A stretch of 63,846 nucleotides of DNA, filler included, from Octopus bimaculoides (Eukaryota), in the NCBI RefSeq assembly GCF_001194135.2. It is 4 parts of 4 records of this genome, joined end to end, with 100 filler letters (N's around TTAATTAATTAA, not from the genome) between each part and the next. Parts side by side here need not be neighbours in the genome. Positions count along the whole stretch, not along the records: positions 18,917 to 37,405 come from NC_068994.1; 3 more parts are not named here. One strand, written 5' to 3'. A model generated the notes under the pieces. The model had not been told where the DNA came from. It did not search any database and saw only the letters and a list, made by a program, of their open reading frames with translations. Shown here in pieces: positions 24,400 to 36,009 of this stretch (positions are counted from its first letter, which is position 1; each line of letters opens with the position of its first letter). A program made the translations under genes and the position numbers.

Positions 24400-24856
24400 A
24401 GAGGGTGTCATAAAATTGGTGTTTCTGTCCACCAGGTAACCCCAGCTGAGGGGCATAGGCCAAGATAATGGTTGCTAACTCATGATACAGCACTAATCTA
24501 ATCTTAAGTATTCTATCACAGATTCTGACTACTTTAATTACCTTATCAACCCATTTCTCTACAAAAAGTATACTCATGCCTCCGATCCTGTCAGTGTTTT
24601 CTGCCCAGGATATCTTGTACCTCTGTTCTTTGCCTGTGAGGAACTTATCAGAACCTCCTCTCCACCTTACTTCTTGGATGCAGCACACATCTACACGTCT
24701 CCGTTCAAGCATCTCAGCAATCTCACCAGACCTACCTTTCAGTGTGCCCACATTGAGTATGCCAACCCTGAGGGTGTGGGAGGTGTGGATCTGTGAGACC
24801 CTGGGATGGGGGACAGCAGCGTCATGTACCTGAAAAGAAAGCTCGCATTTGGCAGA
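24400..24856 (-). mobile_element. RTE family 1, AP-endonuclease 5' portion
   Basis: LRVGILNVGTLKGRSGEIAEMLERRRVDVCCIQEVRWRG and AYAPQ. Separated from the RT part by about 230 bp of AT-rich filler. Confidence 0.93.
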
Positions 24857-25143
24857 CTTATGTGCGTACAATAGTCTTCAACCTGCATACATCACACCAA
24901 TATTTTTATGTGCTATATGATCGCTACCTTACATAGGAGATAAACCCTAAGTAGAGATGGGGGGGGGGCATTAAGCCTTTAGAAGTGTTCATGGAAGACA
25001 TCCGATAGAGGTCAGATGATAGACTTCCGGTACAGGTGGTAGAGATGGGAGGGCAGGAACACCACGAAACAGCAGAAACTCAAGTTGCCGGTGTCAGAGA
25101 ATATTATGGTATATATGTATATATATATATATGTACATATGTA

Positions 25144-25650
25144 TCATCCTCATCATCATCATTTAACGTCCGCTTTCCATGCTGGCATGGGTTGGACGGT
25201 TTGACTGGGGACTGGTGAGCCAGATAGCTGCACCAGGCTCCAATCTGATCTGGCAGAGTTTCTACAGCTGGATGCCCTTCCTAACGCCAACGACTCTGAG
25301 AGTGTAGTGGGTGTTTTTATGTGCCACCAGCATGAAGGCCAGTCAGGTGGTATTGACAACAGCCACGCTCAAATGGTGTCTTTTATGTGCCACCTGCACA
25401 GGAGCCAGTCCAGCGGCACTGGCAACGACCTCGCTTGAATGTTATTGTTTACGTGCCAACGGCACCAGTGCTAGTAAGGCGAAGCTGGTAACAATCATGC
25501 TCGAATGGTGCTTTTTACGTGCCACGGGCACAGGGGCCAGTCAGTGGCTCTGGCAACGATCACGCTCAGATGGTGCACTTAGCGCTCCACTAGCACAGAT
25601 GCCAGTCATGCGGTGCTGTCATCGAATTTGATTTCGATTTCACTTGCCTC
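25144..25650 (-). mobile_element. SINE-like family B with (GAT)n tail and an internal array of about 65-bp modules
   Basis: CATCATTTAACGTCCGCTTTCCATGCTGGCATGGGTTGGACG; CTACAGCTGGATGCCCTTCCTAACGCCAAC; about 5 tandem modules. Confidence 0.85.
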
Positions 25651-26074
25651 ATATATGTGTGTGTGTGTGTGTGTGTCTGTGTGTATATAAATGTATGTGC
25701 ATTTTTTCAATGTTTACAAATAACACGGAAAAAAATAATAAATAGTTACCAGGGTAGCAAAATTTTTCATAAGTGCCAAGGATGTAACAGCCTACTTATA
25801 AAGGTAGAAATTCCAGGTTTTGGTGAAATGTTTTGGATCACATAGGTAAATGAATAAAAGGTGCTATTCAAATCTTTATACTTCCGACATATTTTTCGAA
25901 GAAAACATTGGTATTATTCCAGAAGGAATAAAATGATGTAAAACAATGCAATCTTCTCATCAGGGAAGAAAAGAGAAACAAAACTCATAAATAAGACATT
26001 TTAACTGAATGTGATTACTGCATATATGATGAAGGGAATGCTGGTAAGTTATTTTTTAAAAAAGCCATTAATAG

Positions 26075-26378
26075 ATACAAAAGCACCATTCGAGTGTGGG
26101 TTGATGCTAGTGCTGCTTGACTGGCTCCTGTGCTGGTGGCACATAAAATGCACCATGCAAATGTGGTCGATGTCCCTGCCCCCTGACTGGCTCCCATGCC
26201 AGTGGCATGTAAAAAACACCCACTACACTAACGAAGTGGTTGGAGTTAGGAAGAGCATCCAACTGTAGAAACCTTGCCAGATCAGATTGGAGTCTGGTGC
26301 AGCCTACTGGCTTGCCAGTACTCAGTCAAACAACCAACCTATGCTAGCATGGAAAGTGGATATTAAATGATGATGATG
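26075..26378 (+). mobile_element. SINE-like family B, diverged copy
   Basis: TTAGGAAGAGCATCCAACTGTAGAAACC...ATGCTAGCATGGAAAGTGGATATTAAATGATGATG. Confidence 0.85.
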
Positions 26379-27424
26379 ACATGCATATACATATATATAC
26401 AAACATATACATACTATACATACATATATATGGACAGACACACATATATATACACATACATACATATATATGTATGTAGGAATCTTGCAGGCGTGAAGTG
26501 GATTCGATCCACTATACGCCAATTTGAATCAACACTGCATCAGAACTTTTCCCACGGTGGAACAACGGTTTTCGAAGCGGTGTCTCCACCACTTGACCCT
26601 TTTCTGACCTCTTCTACTCCATCTAGAATAGAGATAAACAAGACCGCCAGCTAAATCCTTTGCCCTCACTACCCTGCTTCATGGCTATAAAAACAGGAGA
26701 TCTCCAAGCAAACTTCCTCTTTTTAGTCACCAGCGGTGATGCCTCGACAGCTTGGTCGCTGGTCGGTGGCGACTGGACATCTAGAACCATGGACACAAGC
26801 AGGCATACGAGACCGCATCCTTTTCTCTTTAACACTACCATCTCTCTCTATATATAAATACTACTATGAGAAAGTGTACATACAGATACAGGCCGAAATT
26901 CTTTGCTCAGCATGCTTTACGTACAAACTGTTGTACTACTACACTGGCCTACCCGTCATGGTATGGCAACACATAAAGTAACGGTAAAAATAAATATTTC
27001 TACAAAAATGTTGATCATCTTCATCGATCATCTCATAACTGTTACAATTGGTGACCCTCCAACGTTAACATCTCTCATAACCGTTACATGTATATGTATA
27101 CATACATATACAAATATATACATACATATACATATACATGTATATATATGCGAGTAAAAATAAATACAAAAGAGGTGGTTTTTTTGTATGATTGTGTATA
27201 GAGGAATATATTATTTTGTTTAAAAGAGTTCCAACACTGTCTGTTTTTTATGTTTTATTTATATTCCTGCAGAACCAATGTGGGGTATAGAATATGGAAT
27301 ATACAATATATAATATAATATACAATATATAATATAAAATAAAATAAAAATGGATGGCACCATGAAAGAAAGTATTGAATGTAGATGAAATATTGAGTGT
27401 TCAATATAAATATAAATATATAAA

Positions 27425-27464
27425 GGTGACTCGAGTTTCAGGGCTATTTCCCTTCGTCATGGCC
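27425..27464 (-). ncRNA. Degenerate minimal hammerhead motif
   Basis: The reverse strand reads ATGACGA-AGGG AAATAG CCCT-GAAA-CTCGAG-TC, with palindrome ACTCGAGT. C3 and stem I are damaged. Confidence 0.5.
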
Positions 27465-27579
27465 GGTATGACAGACTTTAACAGACTGTAATAAGTTGGC
27501 TGGTTTTCTGTCTTTTATACCAATTCCATATATATGTATATATACATACATACATATATGTATATATACATATATATAC

Positions 27580-29432
27580 AATGCACTACTGAACAATACA
27601 CAGCATGGCTTCCGTCCAAGAAGAAGCTACCTCACACATCTCCTACAGCACTATGACTGGATTTTGAAGCAGCTGCTTGACCATTCAGATGTCAGTGTGA
27701 TACACCTTGACTACATAAACGCATTTGATAAGGTAGATCATGGCATGATAAGTCATAAGCTACATGACCTTGGCATTGCTGGTAAACTGGGAGAGTGGCT
27801 GCATGACAACGTTAAGGTATGTTACTCCTGCTTAGACAATTTCGCTTGTAACATCACATGCTACAAAAGACGCAAACACACAACTTAACAGCCTCCAATA
27901 CACATCCCAACTTGTAACTCTCCAAATCCTACCGACAGCCCAATGAAAAAGTCTTGCCTCTCAAGGTCTGTGCCCTGTGGAGCCACAGGCATGTCAGCCA
28001 ATGACATGAAGGAAGATATACACAGAAAATGCAATTCTTCAGGTGCAAGGGTAAATGAAACACCACGCTTTGTCTCATTTCATCTGCAGACTCCATCGGA
28101 ACACCTTCCTCAATATCGAATAAAGTATCATTCACAAGGTTCCACCATATTCATGTAGAGATTGCATTGTCAACTCTACATACAAACTCCACAACCTGCA
28201 GTTTGAATTATCTTAAGATGTCACCTGAGGTATGCCCTCTTAATGAACTTGAAGCCACTAGCAGCCGACAATCTAGAAGTCAGATAGTTGCAGCCAATGG
28301 TGCCCTTTCTGAGGAAACTCAAATCCTAAGTGGCATCCCCCAAGGAACTGTTCCAGGGCCATTACTGTTCATAATAGCCTTCTTAGACATGCCCACAGAC
28401 ACGTGGACAGCCACTGTCACTAGTTATGCTGATGGCACAAAATTATCACAAGCAATAAAAAACCAAGATGATGTCACAAGCTTACAGTGGGACCTAAATT
28501 CAATATACAAGTGGGCTGAAATATACAACATGCAATTTAATGCTGGAAAATTTCAAGCACTGCACTATCAACTCACAAATACAGTACAATCTACATAAAC
28601 AGGACCCGAAGTCACTACAATCCCAGAGTCACAGGCAGTGAAAGACTTAGGGATCAGTATGTGCAATGATGCATCATTTTATATGCACATTAGCAAGATG
28701 GCAGCAAAGTGCAGACAACTGGCAGGATGGATACTGAGGTCCCTCAAGACAAGAGACCAAGAAACTATGTTGACTGTGGAGAACCCTTGTTCTCAGCTGC
28801 CAGGACTACTGCTCGCAGTTATGGTCACTACATAGTGCCAAACTAACAGCAGAGCTTGAAGCAGTTCAATGCCACTACACTAAAAAGATTCAAACAGTGC
28901 AGTGGATGAACTACAAGGATAGGCTGAGAAAACTACAGTTCTACTCCCTGGGGGCAAAGGCATGAGAGATATGCAATAATATACATATGGAAAATCCTAG
29001 AAGGGCTAGTACCTAACTTTGGCATTGAGTGTTATACAAATGCCAGAACTCTGGCTGCCATTGTATTGTAGTAAAGGTACCATCCACTCCATCTAAATTC
29101 AGGACCAGGTACTGCAATAGTCAAGGGTTCAATGGTCCACAGCTCTTCAATGCCCTGCCACAAAAATTAAGAAATTTGGATAAGGTGGAAGTAGATGTCT
29201 TCTGAAAGGAACTAGATGTCCTCCTCTCCACAGTACCAGATGAACCAACAGCTCGACATGAGGTACAGACGAGGGCAGCGGAATCAAATTCCTTTATACA
29301 CCAAATGTACCAACAGCAGGGACAAACGCACATACAGGAGTGGTGATGTGAAGCACCTAGACTAAGGAAGTCAGAAAGACCATGGTGGTGCTCCAGCATG
29401 ACCACAGCTGCATGGCTGAAATGAGTAAAAGA

Positions 29433-29433
<1 letters not shown>
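27580..29433 (+). mobile_element. 5'-truncated CR1-clade LINE, degraded, with a 465-bp insertion
   Basis: QHGFRPRRSYLTHLL, LDYINAFDKVDHG, SGIPQGTVPGPLLFII, YADGTKL, MQFNAGKF, KDLGI, GWILRSL. Ends in a short 3' UTR plus (TA)n. Confidence 0.92.
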
Positions 29434-29493
<60 letters not shown>

Positions 29494-29632
29494 TATATAC
29501 ATACATACATATATATTATTTATTACACCGGAGTAAGCACATAAATGTGAAACAAGGTGGAAAAGAAGAGTACTCAAATACCAGAGGTAGAGTAATATAC
29601 TTTATTTAAAAGCAGCAGAAATATAACAAAAG

Positions 29633-29670
29633 CTGTAACTCAGAGTTTCATGTTCCTGTTCGTCAGGCAG
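29633..29670 (-). ncRNA. Minimal hammerhead motif in a pLTR-like element (about 29525-29680)
   Basis: The reverse strand reads CTGC-CTGACGA-ACAGGAACAT-GAAA-CTCTGAG-TT-ACAG; stem II is eroded at CpG positions. Confidence 0.65.
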
Positions 29671-29778
29671 TTTTGTTATGTGTGTCTGTACATATACATG
29701 TATATATATGTATGTATAGTATGTATATGTTTGTATATATATTTATATATATGTATATGCATGTCATCATCAACAAAA

Positions 29779-29816
29779 CTGTCTGACAAATGGGAATGTG
29801 AAACTCAGAGTAACAG
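29779..29816 (+). ncRNA. Minimal hammerhead motif, inverted partner of the 29633 copy
   Basis: CTGT-CTGACAA-ATGGGAATGT-GAAA-CTCAGAG-TA-ACAG; G8 is mutated. Confidence 0.6.
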
Positions 29817-29930
29817 CTTTTGTTATATTTCTGCTGATTTTAGATAAAGTATATTATTTATCATATATATACACCTGCTTGTTGTTTATACACTTGTCTT
29901 CATCTTTTGTTTTTCTGTAAATTTCAACTA

Positions 29931-29974
<44 letters not shown>

Positions 29975-30675
29975 NNNNNNNNNNNNNNNNNNNNNNNNNN
30001 NNNNNNNNNNNNNNNNNNNNNNNNNNNNNNNNNNNNNNNNNNNNNNNNNNNNNNNNNNNNNNNNNNNNNNNNNNNNNNNNNNNNNNNNNNNNNNNNNNNN
30101 NNNNNNNNNNNNNNNNNNNNNNNNNNNNNNNNNNNNNNNNNNNNNNNNNNNNNNNNNNNNNNNNNNNNNNNNNNNNNNNNNNNNNNNNNNNNNNNNNNNN
30201 NNNNNNNNNNNNNNNNNNNNNNNNNNNNNNNNNNNNNNNNNNNNNNNNNNNNNNNNNNNNNNNNNNNNNNNNNNNNNNNNNNNNNNNNNNNNNNNNNNNN
30301 NNNNNNNNNNNNNNNNNNNNNNNNNNNNNNNNNNNNNNNNNNNNNNNNNNNNNNNNNNNNNNNNNNNNNNNNNNNNNNNNNNNNNNNNNNNNNNNNNNNN
30401 NNNNNNNNNNNNNNNNNNNNNNNNNNNNNNNNNNNNNNNNNNNNNNNNNNNNNNNNNNNNNNNNNNNNNNNNNNNNNNNNNNNNNNNNNNNNNNNNNNNN
30501 NNNNNNNNNNNNNNNNNNNNNNNNNNNNNNNNNNNNNNNNNNNNNNNNNNNNNNNNNNNNNNNNNNNNNNNNNNNNNNNNNNNNNNNNNNNNNNNNNNNN
30601 NNNNNNNNNNNNNNNNNNNNNNNNNNNNNNNNNNNNNNNNNNNNNNNNNNNNNNNNNNNNNNNNNNNNNNNNNNN

Positions 30676-33600
30676 NCAGTCCAACGTAACTGGTGCTTGT
30701 GCACCATTGCCTCAATACTCAAGATATCAGCTGTCCTCAGGATCTGTATGTCTGGAATCTTTGAGGTCCAGCCAACATTGAGAATGTGGCTGAGACATCT
30801 CTGATGAAAGCGTTCAAGGACCCTTACCTGACGTTTGTACAGAGTCCATGTTTCACACGAGTAGAGGAGCGATGTCAGTACACATGCACGGTACACAGCA
30901 ACTATTTTTTGCCTTGCGATGCCATGCTGGGACCAGACATGAGACTGAAGAGACCGGAAGGAATTAGTTGCTCTCTGCAACTTGAAACATATTTCCTCAT
31001 CCAAGGAGCAAGAACGGCTGAGTGTGCTGCCCAGGTAGACAAACTTGTCTACTACCTTCAGAAATGTTCCTTCAACCAAGATAGCTGATTTCACAAATGG
31101 ATTTCCTGGTGCAGGCTGGAACATTACAACAATCTTGTCCAAGCTGATGCCAAGTCCAAATGCCTTGCAAGAAGCAGAAATGCAATTCATGAGTATTTGC
31201 ATGTCATCCACTGTATGAGTGACTAAGTCACAGTCATCTGCATAAAGGAGGTCATGAATAATAGACTGGAGAACCTTTGAATTGGCAGCAAATCGGCGAA
31301 GATTAAAGAGGCGGCCAGAAGATCGATATCTGACATATATTCCCAGAGAGCTAACCTTAGTATGAGTAAAAGCAGCAGCAAAGTACAAAGAAAAGAGAGT
31401 TGGGGCAAGGATGCAACCTTGCTTGACACCATTCTCTACAGGAATGGGTCCCGCCATGCCACCACCAACATTGACCCAAGCATCCATCCCATCATGCAAT
31501 GATTTAATTATAGATATAAAGTGATCCGGACATCCAAGTTTGCCAAGTATTTTCCATAGAAAGGCCCTATTTACAGTATCAAAGGCCTTTGTTAAATCAA
31601 TGAATACCTGGACAAGATCCATATTCTGCTCATAGCACTTCTCCTGCATCTGTCTTGCTGCGAAAATCATATCCATTGTCCCTCTACCAGATCGGAAACC
31701 CCATTGAGATTCAGATAGGACATCATTTACGAGACACCCATTCAGATAGGTAAGAAGAATATTTGCCAGAACCTTGCCAGAAGCTGATAGTACAGCAATA
31801 CCTCTGTAGTTACCACATATTGTTCTGGCACCTTTTCCTTTATATAGAGGAAGAATAATTGCATCCTTCCAGTCCTTAGGGATTGCACCATCCCTCCAGA
31901 CTGCACTAATAAGTTCATGAAGGGACTATATGATGTAATTACCACCAAATCGCAAGACCTCAGCACAAATTCCATCCTTTCCAAGTGCCCTACCAAGATT
32001 CAATTCACTTATTGATGTCATTACTTCATCTATTGAGGGAGAAGAGTCTAAGGAGCCAATGATAGGTCTTTGTTGCATAGTATCAATCACTGTTTCATCC
32101 ACAACTGACTCATGGTTCAGGAGTTCAGAGACGTGTTCGATCCAGCGACCTGTGATTTCTGTTGATTTAGTAAACAGGGTGGAAGACTCCTTGGAAAGCA
32201 AAGGAGCTGATGTGGAGCTCTTAGGCCCATAAGCTCGCTTCATAAGATGGTAAAGCTTCTTGCTGTCATTTGCATCAGCAGCAGCCAGAACATCATGAGC
32301 AAGATCCTCCCATCAAGTGTTCTGCATCTTCCTGAGAGATCGCTGCAGTAGTGATTTTACACTGTTATAGTGGGAAAGTGCTAGACTTCGCTGCACAGTA
32401 GACAGTTCTCTGTGTAGCAATACACTGTGAGCATGGCGCTTTACCAGCAATAGTCGCTGAACTTCAGCATCATTCTCGTCAAACCAGTCTCTGTGTCTGG
32501 CAGTAACATATCCCAGGGTTTCGGCTGCACATTGTAGAACGTGGTCTCGAAAATCCTCCCATGCTGCAGCAGTTTCAATGCTGGACAAGCGAGTCTGAAG
32601 TTCTTTCCTAACCACAGCATCATATATCTTGTGGACATTTAGACGGTGTGGAATGCTGACTGGTCCTCTTCTCTCTTTTACTCTAATTACCATTCGGAAC
32701 TTTGCTCACACCAGACTGTGGTCTGTCCAGCATTCCGATCCATGGAAGAACTTGACATTACAAATGTCATAAATGTTGCGCTTGCGGATGATGACATAAT
32801 CCAGCAAATGCCAAACTTTGGACCTTGGATGCATCCATGTTGTTGTGTGATCACATCTGTGCATAAAATGAGTGCTTGCGATGTAAAGTCCATGTTCTTC
32901 GCAAAGCTCCAGTAGCATGAGACCATTGCTATTCATTTTCCCTATTCCAAAACGTCCTAGAAAGTTCCATGTTTGCCAGTCTGTTCTAACTCTGGCATTA
33001 AAATCCCCCAGTAGAATGACTTTATCAGAATTGAGGATTTTTCTAAGTATGGCTCTCAGCTGGGTATAAAACATTGTTTTATCTTCATCACAGCTAGTCA
33101 AAGTAGGCACTTATTAAAGTAGCAAACTGCTTACTTTTCAAGTGCAATCGTAGCGTCATTATACATTCATTTATAGGAACAGGGAGCTCTTCCAACTTCT
33201 TAAGGATATCAGATCGGGCTGCAAAACCAACACCAGCCTCTCTGCACTCCTCCTTCTGCCTTCCTTTCCAAATAAAGGTGTATCCACCTCCTACTTCCTC
33301 AAGCTGACCATCACCTTCTATACGAGTCTCTGAGAGTGCAGCTATATCAATTTTATAACGGTTCAGCTCACGAGCAACAAATGCAGTGCGTCTTTCAGGC
33401 CTACAATCACTCTTGTTGTCCAACAGAGTGCGCACATTCCAACATGAAATGTTTAAGTTCCATCCAGATTTTATAAATAAAAGACTCTTTGTTTTTCGAG
33501 TGCAGGATGGACATCCGTCAGTCGCGCTAAACTGACCAGATATNNNNNNNNNNNNNNNNNNNNNNNNNNNNNNNNNNNNNNNNNNNNNNNNNNNNNNNNN

Positions 33601-34310
33601 NNNNNNNNNNNNNNNNNNNNNNNNNNNNNNNNNNNNNNNNNNNNNNNNNNNNNNNNNNNNNNNNNNNNNNNNNNNNNNNNNNNNNNNNNNNNNNNNNNNN
33701 NNNNNNNNNNNNNNNNNNNNNNNNNNNNNNNNNNNNNNNNNNNNNNNNNNNNNNNNNNNNNNNNNNNNNNNNNNNNNNNNNNNNNNNNNNNNNNNNNNNN
33801 NNNNNNNNNNNNNNNNNNNNNNNNNNNNNNNNNNNNNNNNNNNNNNNNNNNNNNNNNNNNNNNNNNNNNNNNNNNNNNNNNNNNNNNNNNNNNNNNNNNN
33901 NNNNNNNNNNNNNNNNNNNNNNNNNNNNNNNNNNNNNNNNNNNNNNNNNNNNATGTCCAATGCCATTCCCCGCATATTTGGTTTTATATCAGAGTGACCT
34001 TCTCCTAGAGACATGCTTCAACAAAAGCTGAGGGGCGCCTCACTCCCGGTGGTCTTTCAGCACGCCGGACACCATCCCGGAATTTCTGCGTACCCGTGCT
34101 ATTGCTAGATAGCCATTGAGCCTGCACTAGGTCCATCCGAGCTTTCAACAGGTCTTGTTTTTAATCCTGCTGGGTTTCTAGCAACCCTCCTCACCAGGGT
34201 AGCCTGGTGGGGGTGCCAGTTTAGTTGCTGGCAACCCGACCATGCAACAGGTTGTACTGGATTACATGTTACCAGTAGCACTTATGAGAGCCTGATACGT
34301 GACCTGACAT
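30676..34310 (-). mobile_element. RTE-BovB-like LINE (family 2), near full length but frameshifted; 3' end in a gap
   Basis: EN: CWNVRTLLD..RPERRTA..ELNRYKIDIAALSETR, ILLGDFNARV, WMHPRSKVWHLLDY. RT: FIDLTKAFDTVNR, NGVKQGCILAPTLF, LLYADDC, YLGS. 5' UTR at 33953-34310. Confidence 0.96.
34169..34246 (+). ncRNA. Candidate decayed HDV-like ribozyme in the RTE 5' region
   Basis: P1 GCTGGGTT/AGCCTGGT (G1-U wobble); P3 ACCC/GGGT; L3 TCCTCACCA; P1.1 CC/GG; P4 TGCCAG/CTGGCA. P2 and J4/2 are imperfect. Confidence 0.45.
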
Positions 34311-35546
34311 ATGTTTTTATGAGGAGCTCAAACTTTTGAGAGAAAAGATTACATAACAATTAATAGTCAATGAGGAAACTGAAGTCATAAGAGAGAGAAG
34401 GAGAGGGAGATAAAAAAAAGAAACAGATATCAAAAGCAAGAGTATATGATAATAAAAGAGAAGTAAAACAGAGAGTCTGAAGGAAGTAGAAGTGAAGAAG
34501 TGAAGGTTATATAAAAACAAAATTTTTTAAATATATATTTGACACACACACACACACACAGTTATGACTATGTGGTTAAGAAGCAACTATATAATTTCAG
34601 GTTCAGTCCCACAGTGAGGTAATTGGGTAAGTATCTTCTACTGTAGCCCCAAGCCAACCAAAACCTTGTGAGTAAATGTAAGAGGTAGAAACTAAAAAGT
34701 CTGTGGATGGAGGGACAGCTGTGAATGTGAACATTTAATATAGTGCTTTTCATGAAAACTGCTGAGCTATGGATGGTGATGTTTGTTGACATTTCACTGT
34801 CAACAAATTGTCCAGTAACTCTGCAGTATGCTATGGGAAAATGGACATAAAATAAATGAACAAACATACATAAAATACATACATTGATATATGCATATAA
34901 ATGTAGAGGCATGTAATGTGCATACAGAGAAGTGCCAAAAGATCTAAGTAGAAAGAAAAAGTCAAATATCAAGACCAAGAATATGGGCAGAAGTAGCGAA
35001 AGTTGATCTTAGGATGCTGAACATCACAAAAAAGGTGATAAAAAACACAACAAATGGTATTACTGTGTTCAAGGGGATCCATCCAACCCATGTAATGGTG
35101 GAAAAGCAGACATAATAATCATGTCTATATGTGTGTGTGTATTAATATCAAACAGTGAGAACAAGTGCTTAACATTGCATTGGTGTGTGTATGCGTCCGT
35201 GCTTACACACATAGGTGTATGTGTGCATGACACTAAATGATTCACAGAATGAATATATATACAAATTTATGAGTGTACGCATAAACTTACAAATATACAG
35301 TCCGATGAATTTCAACAATATGTGTAGAACACGTAAAGTTCCACAATCAGGCACACACCTATATATGCAAGTACAAACTACTAAATATGCATAATACCGG
35401 TATGGTTAGTTATATGTGAGTAAGCACATAAAACTCAAACTTAATCCAAAATGGAGATAAACACCAATGTTTCAAGGTACAGATTTGAATAAATGTTGAG
35501 AGACATCTCTCCCAACACTACCATTCGTTTCACCCCACAAATAAAG

Positions 35547-35579
<33 letters not shown>

Positions 35580-35731
35580 AGATTTGTTATAGGTATAAGA
35601 ATATACCATAAACAAGTATAAAAAAATGGAGACAAAATGTTGAAACAGAAATAGATTTGTTATAAAACTGGATTCAATGAATACATACGTATACATAAAT
35701 ATACACACACACTCATACATATATATGTATA

Positions 35732-35926
35732 GGGAGAATTCACAAAAAAACAAAAGACGAAGACAGGTGGTGTAGAAAACAAACAGATGTATTAGTATAA
35801 TGCTCAGGAATTGAAAAAGTCTTTAATATTTTGAGCCTACGCTCTTCCACAGAAAGAAATAAGGAGAGAAACAAGCAGAGGAAAAGAAAACAGAGCAGAG
35901 AAAAAATGTGTGTAGTAGCTAGCAAT
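35732..35926 (-). mobile_element. (TA)n-flanked pLTR/retrozyme-like element, family C, older copy with a dead hammerhead (35820-35857)
   Basis: Homologous to 38739-38923; core CTGTGGA, and GAAA has become AAAA. Confidence 0.75.
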
Positions 35927-35957
35927 CTATATGTGTGTGTGTATGTATGTATGTATG

Positions 35958-36009
<52 letters not shown>

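Noticed and set aside
25313-25620. CRISPR-like repeat array
   Set aside because: Modules are diverged along their whole length with no repeat-spacer alternation, lie inside a eukaryotic retroposon, and there are no cas genes.
34180-34232. Twister-like ends on the minus strand (GCAAC-TAA...GGAGG-GTTGC)
   Set aside because: The P4/L4 core that I expect for twister is absent; the plus-strand HDV-like fold explains more of the sequence.
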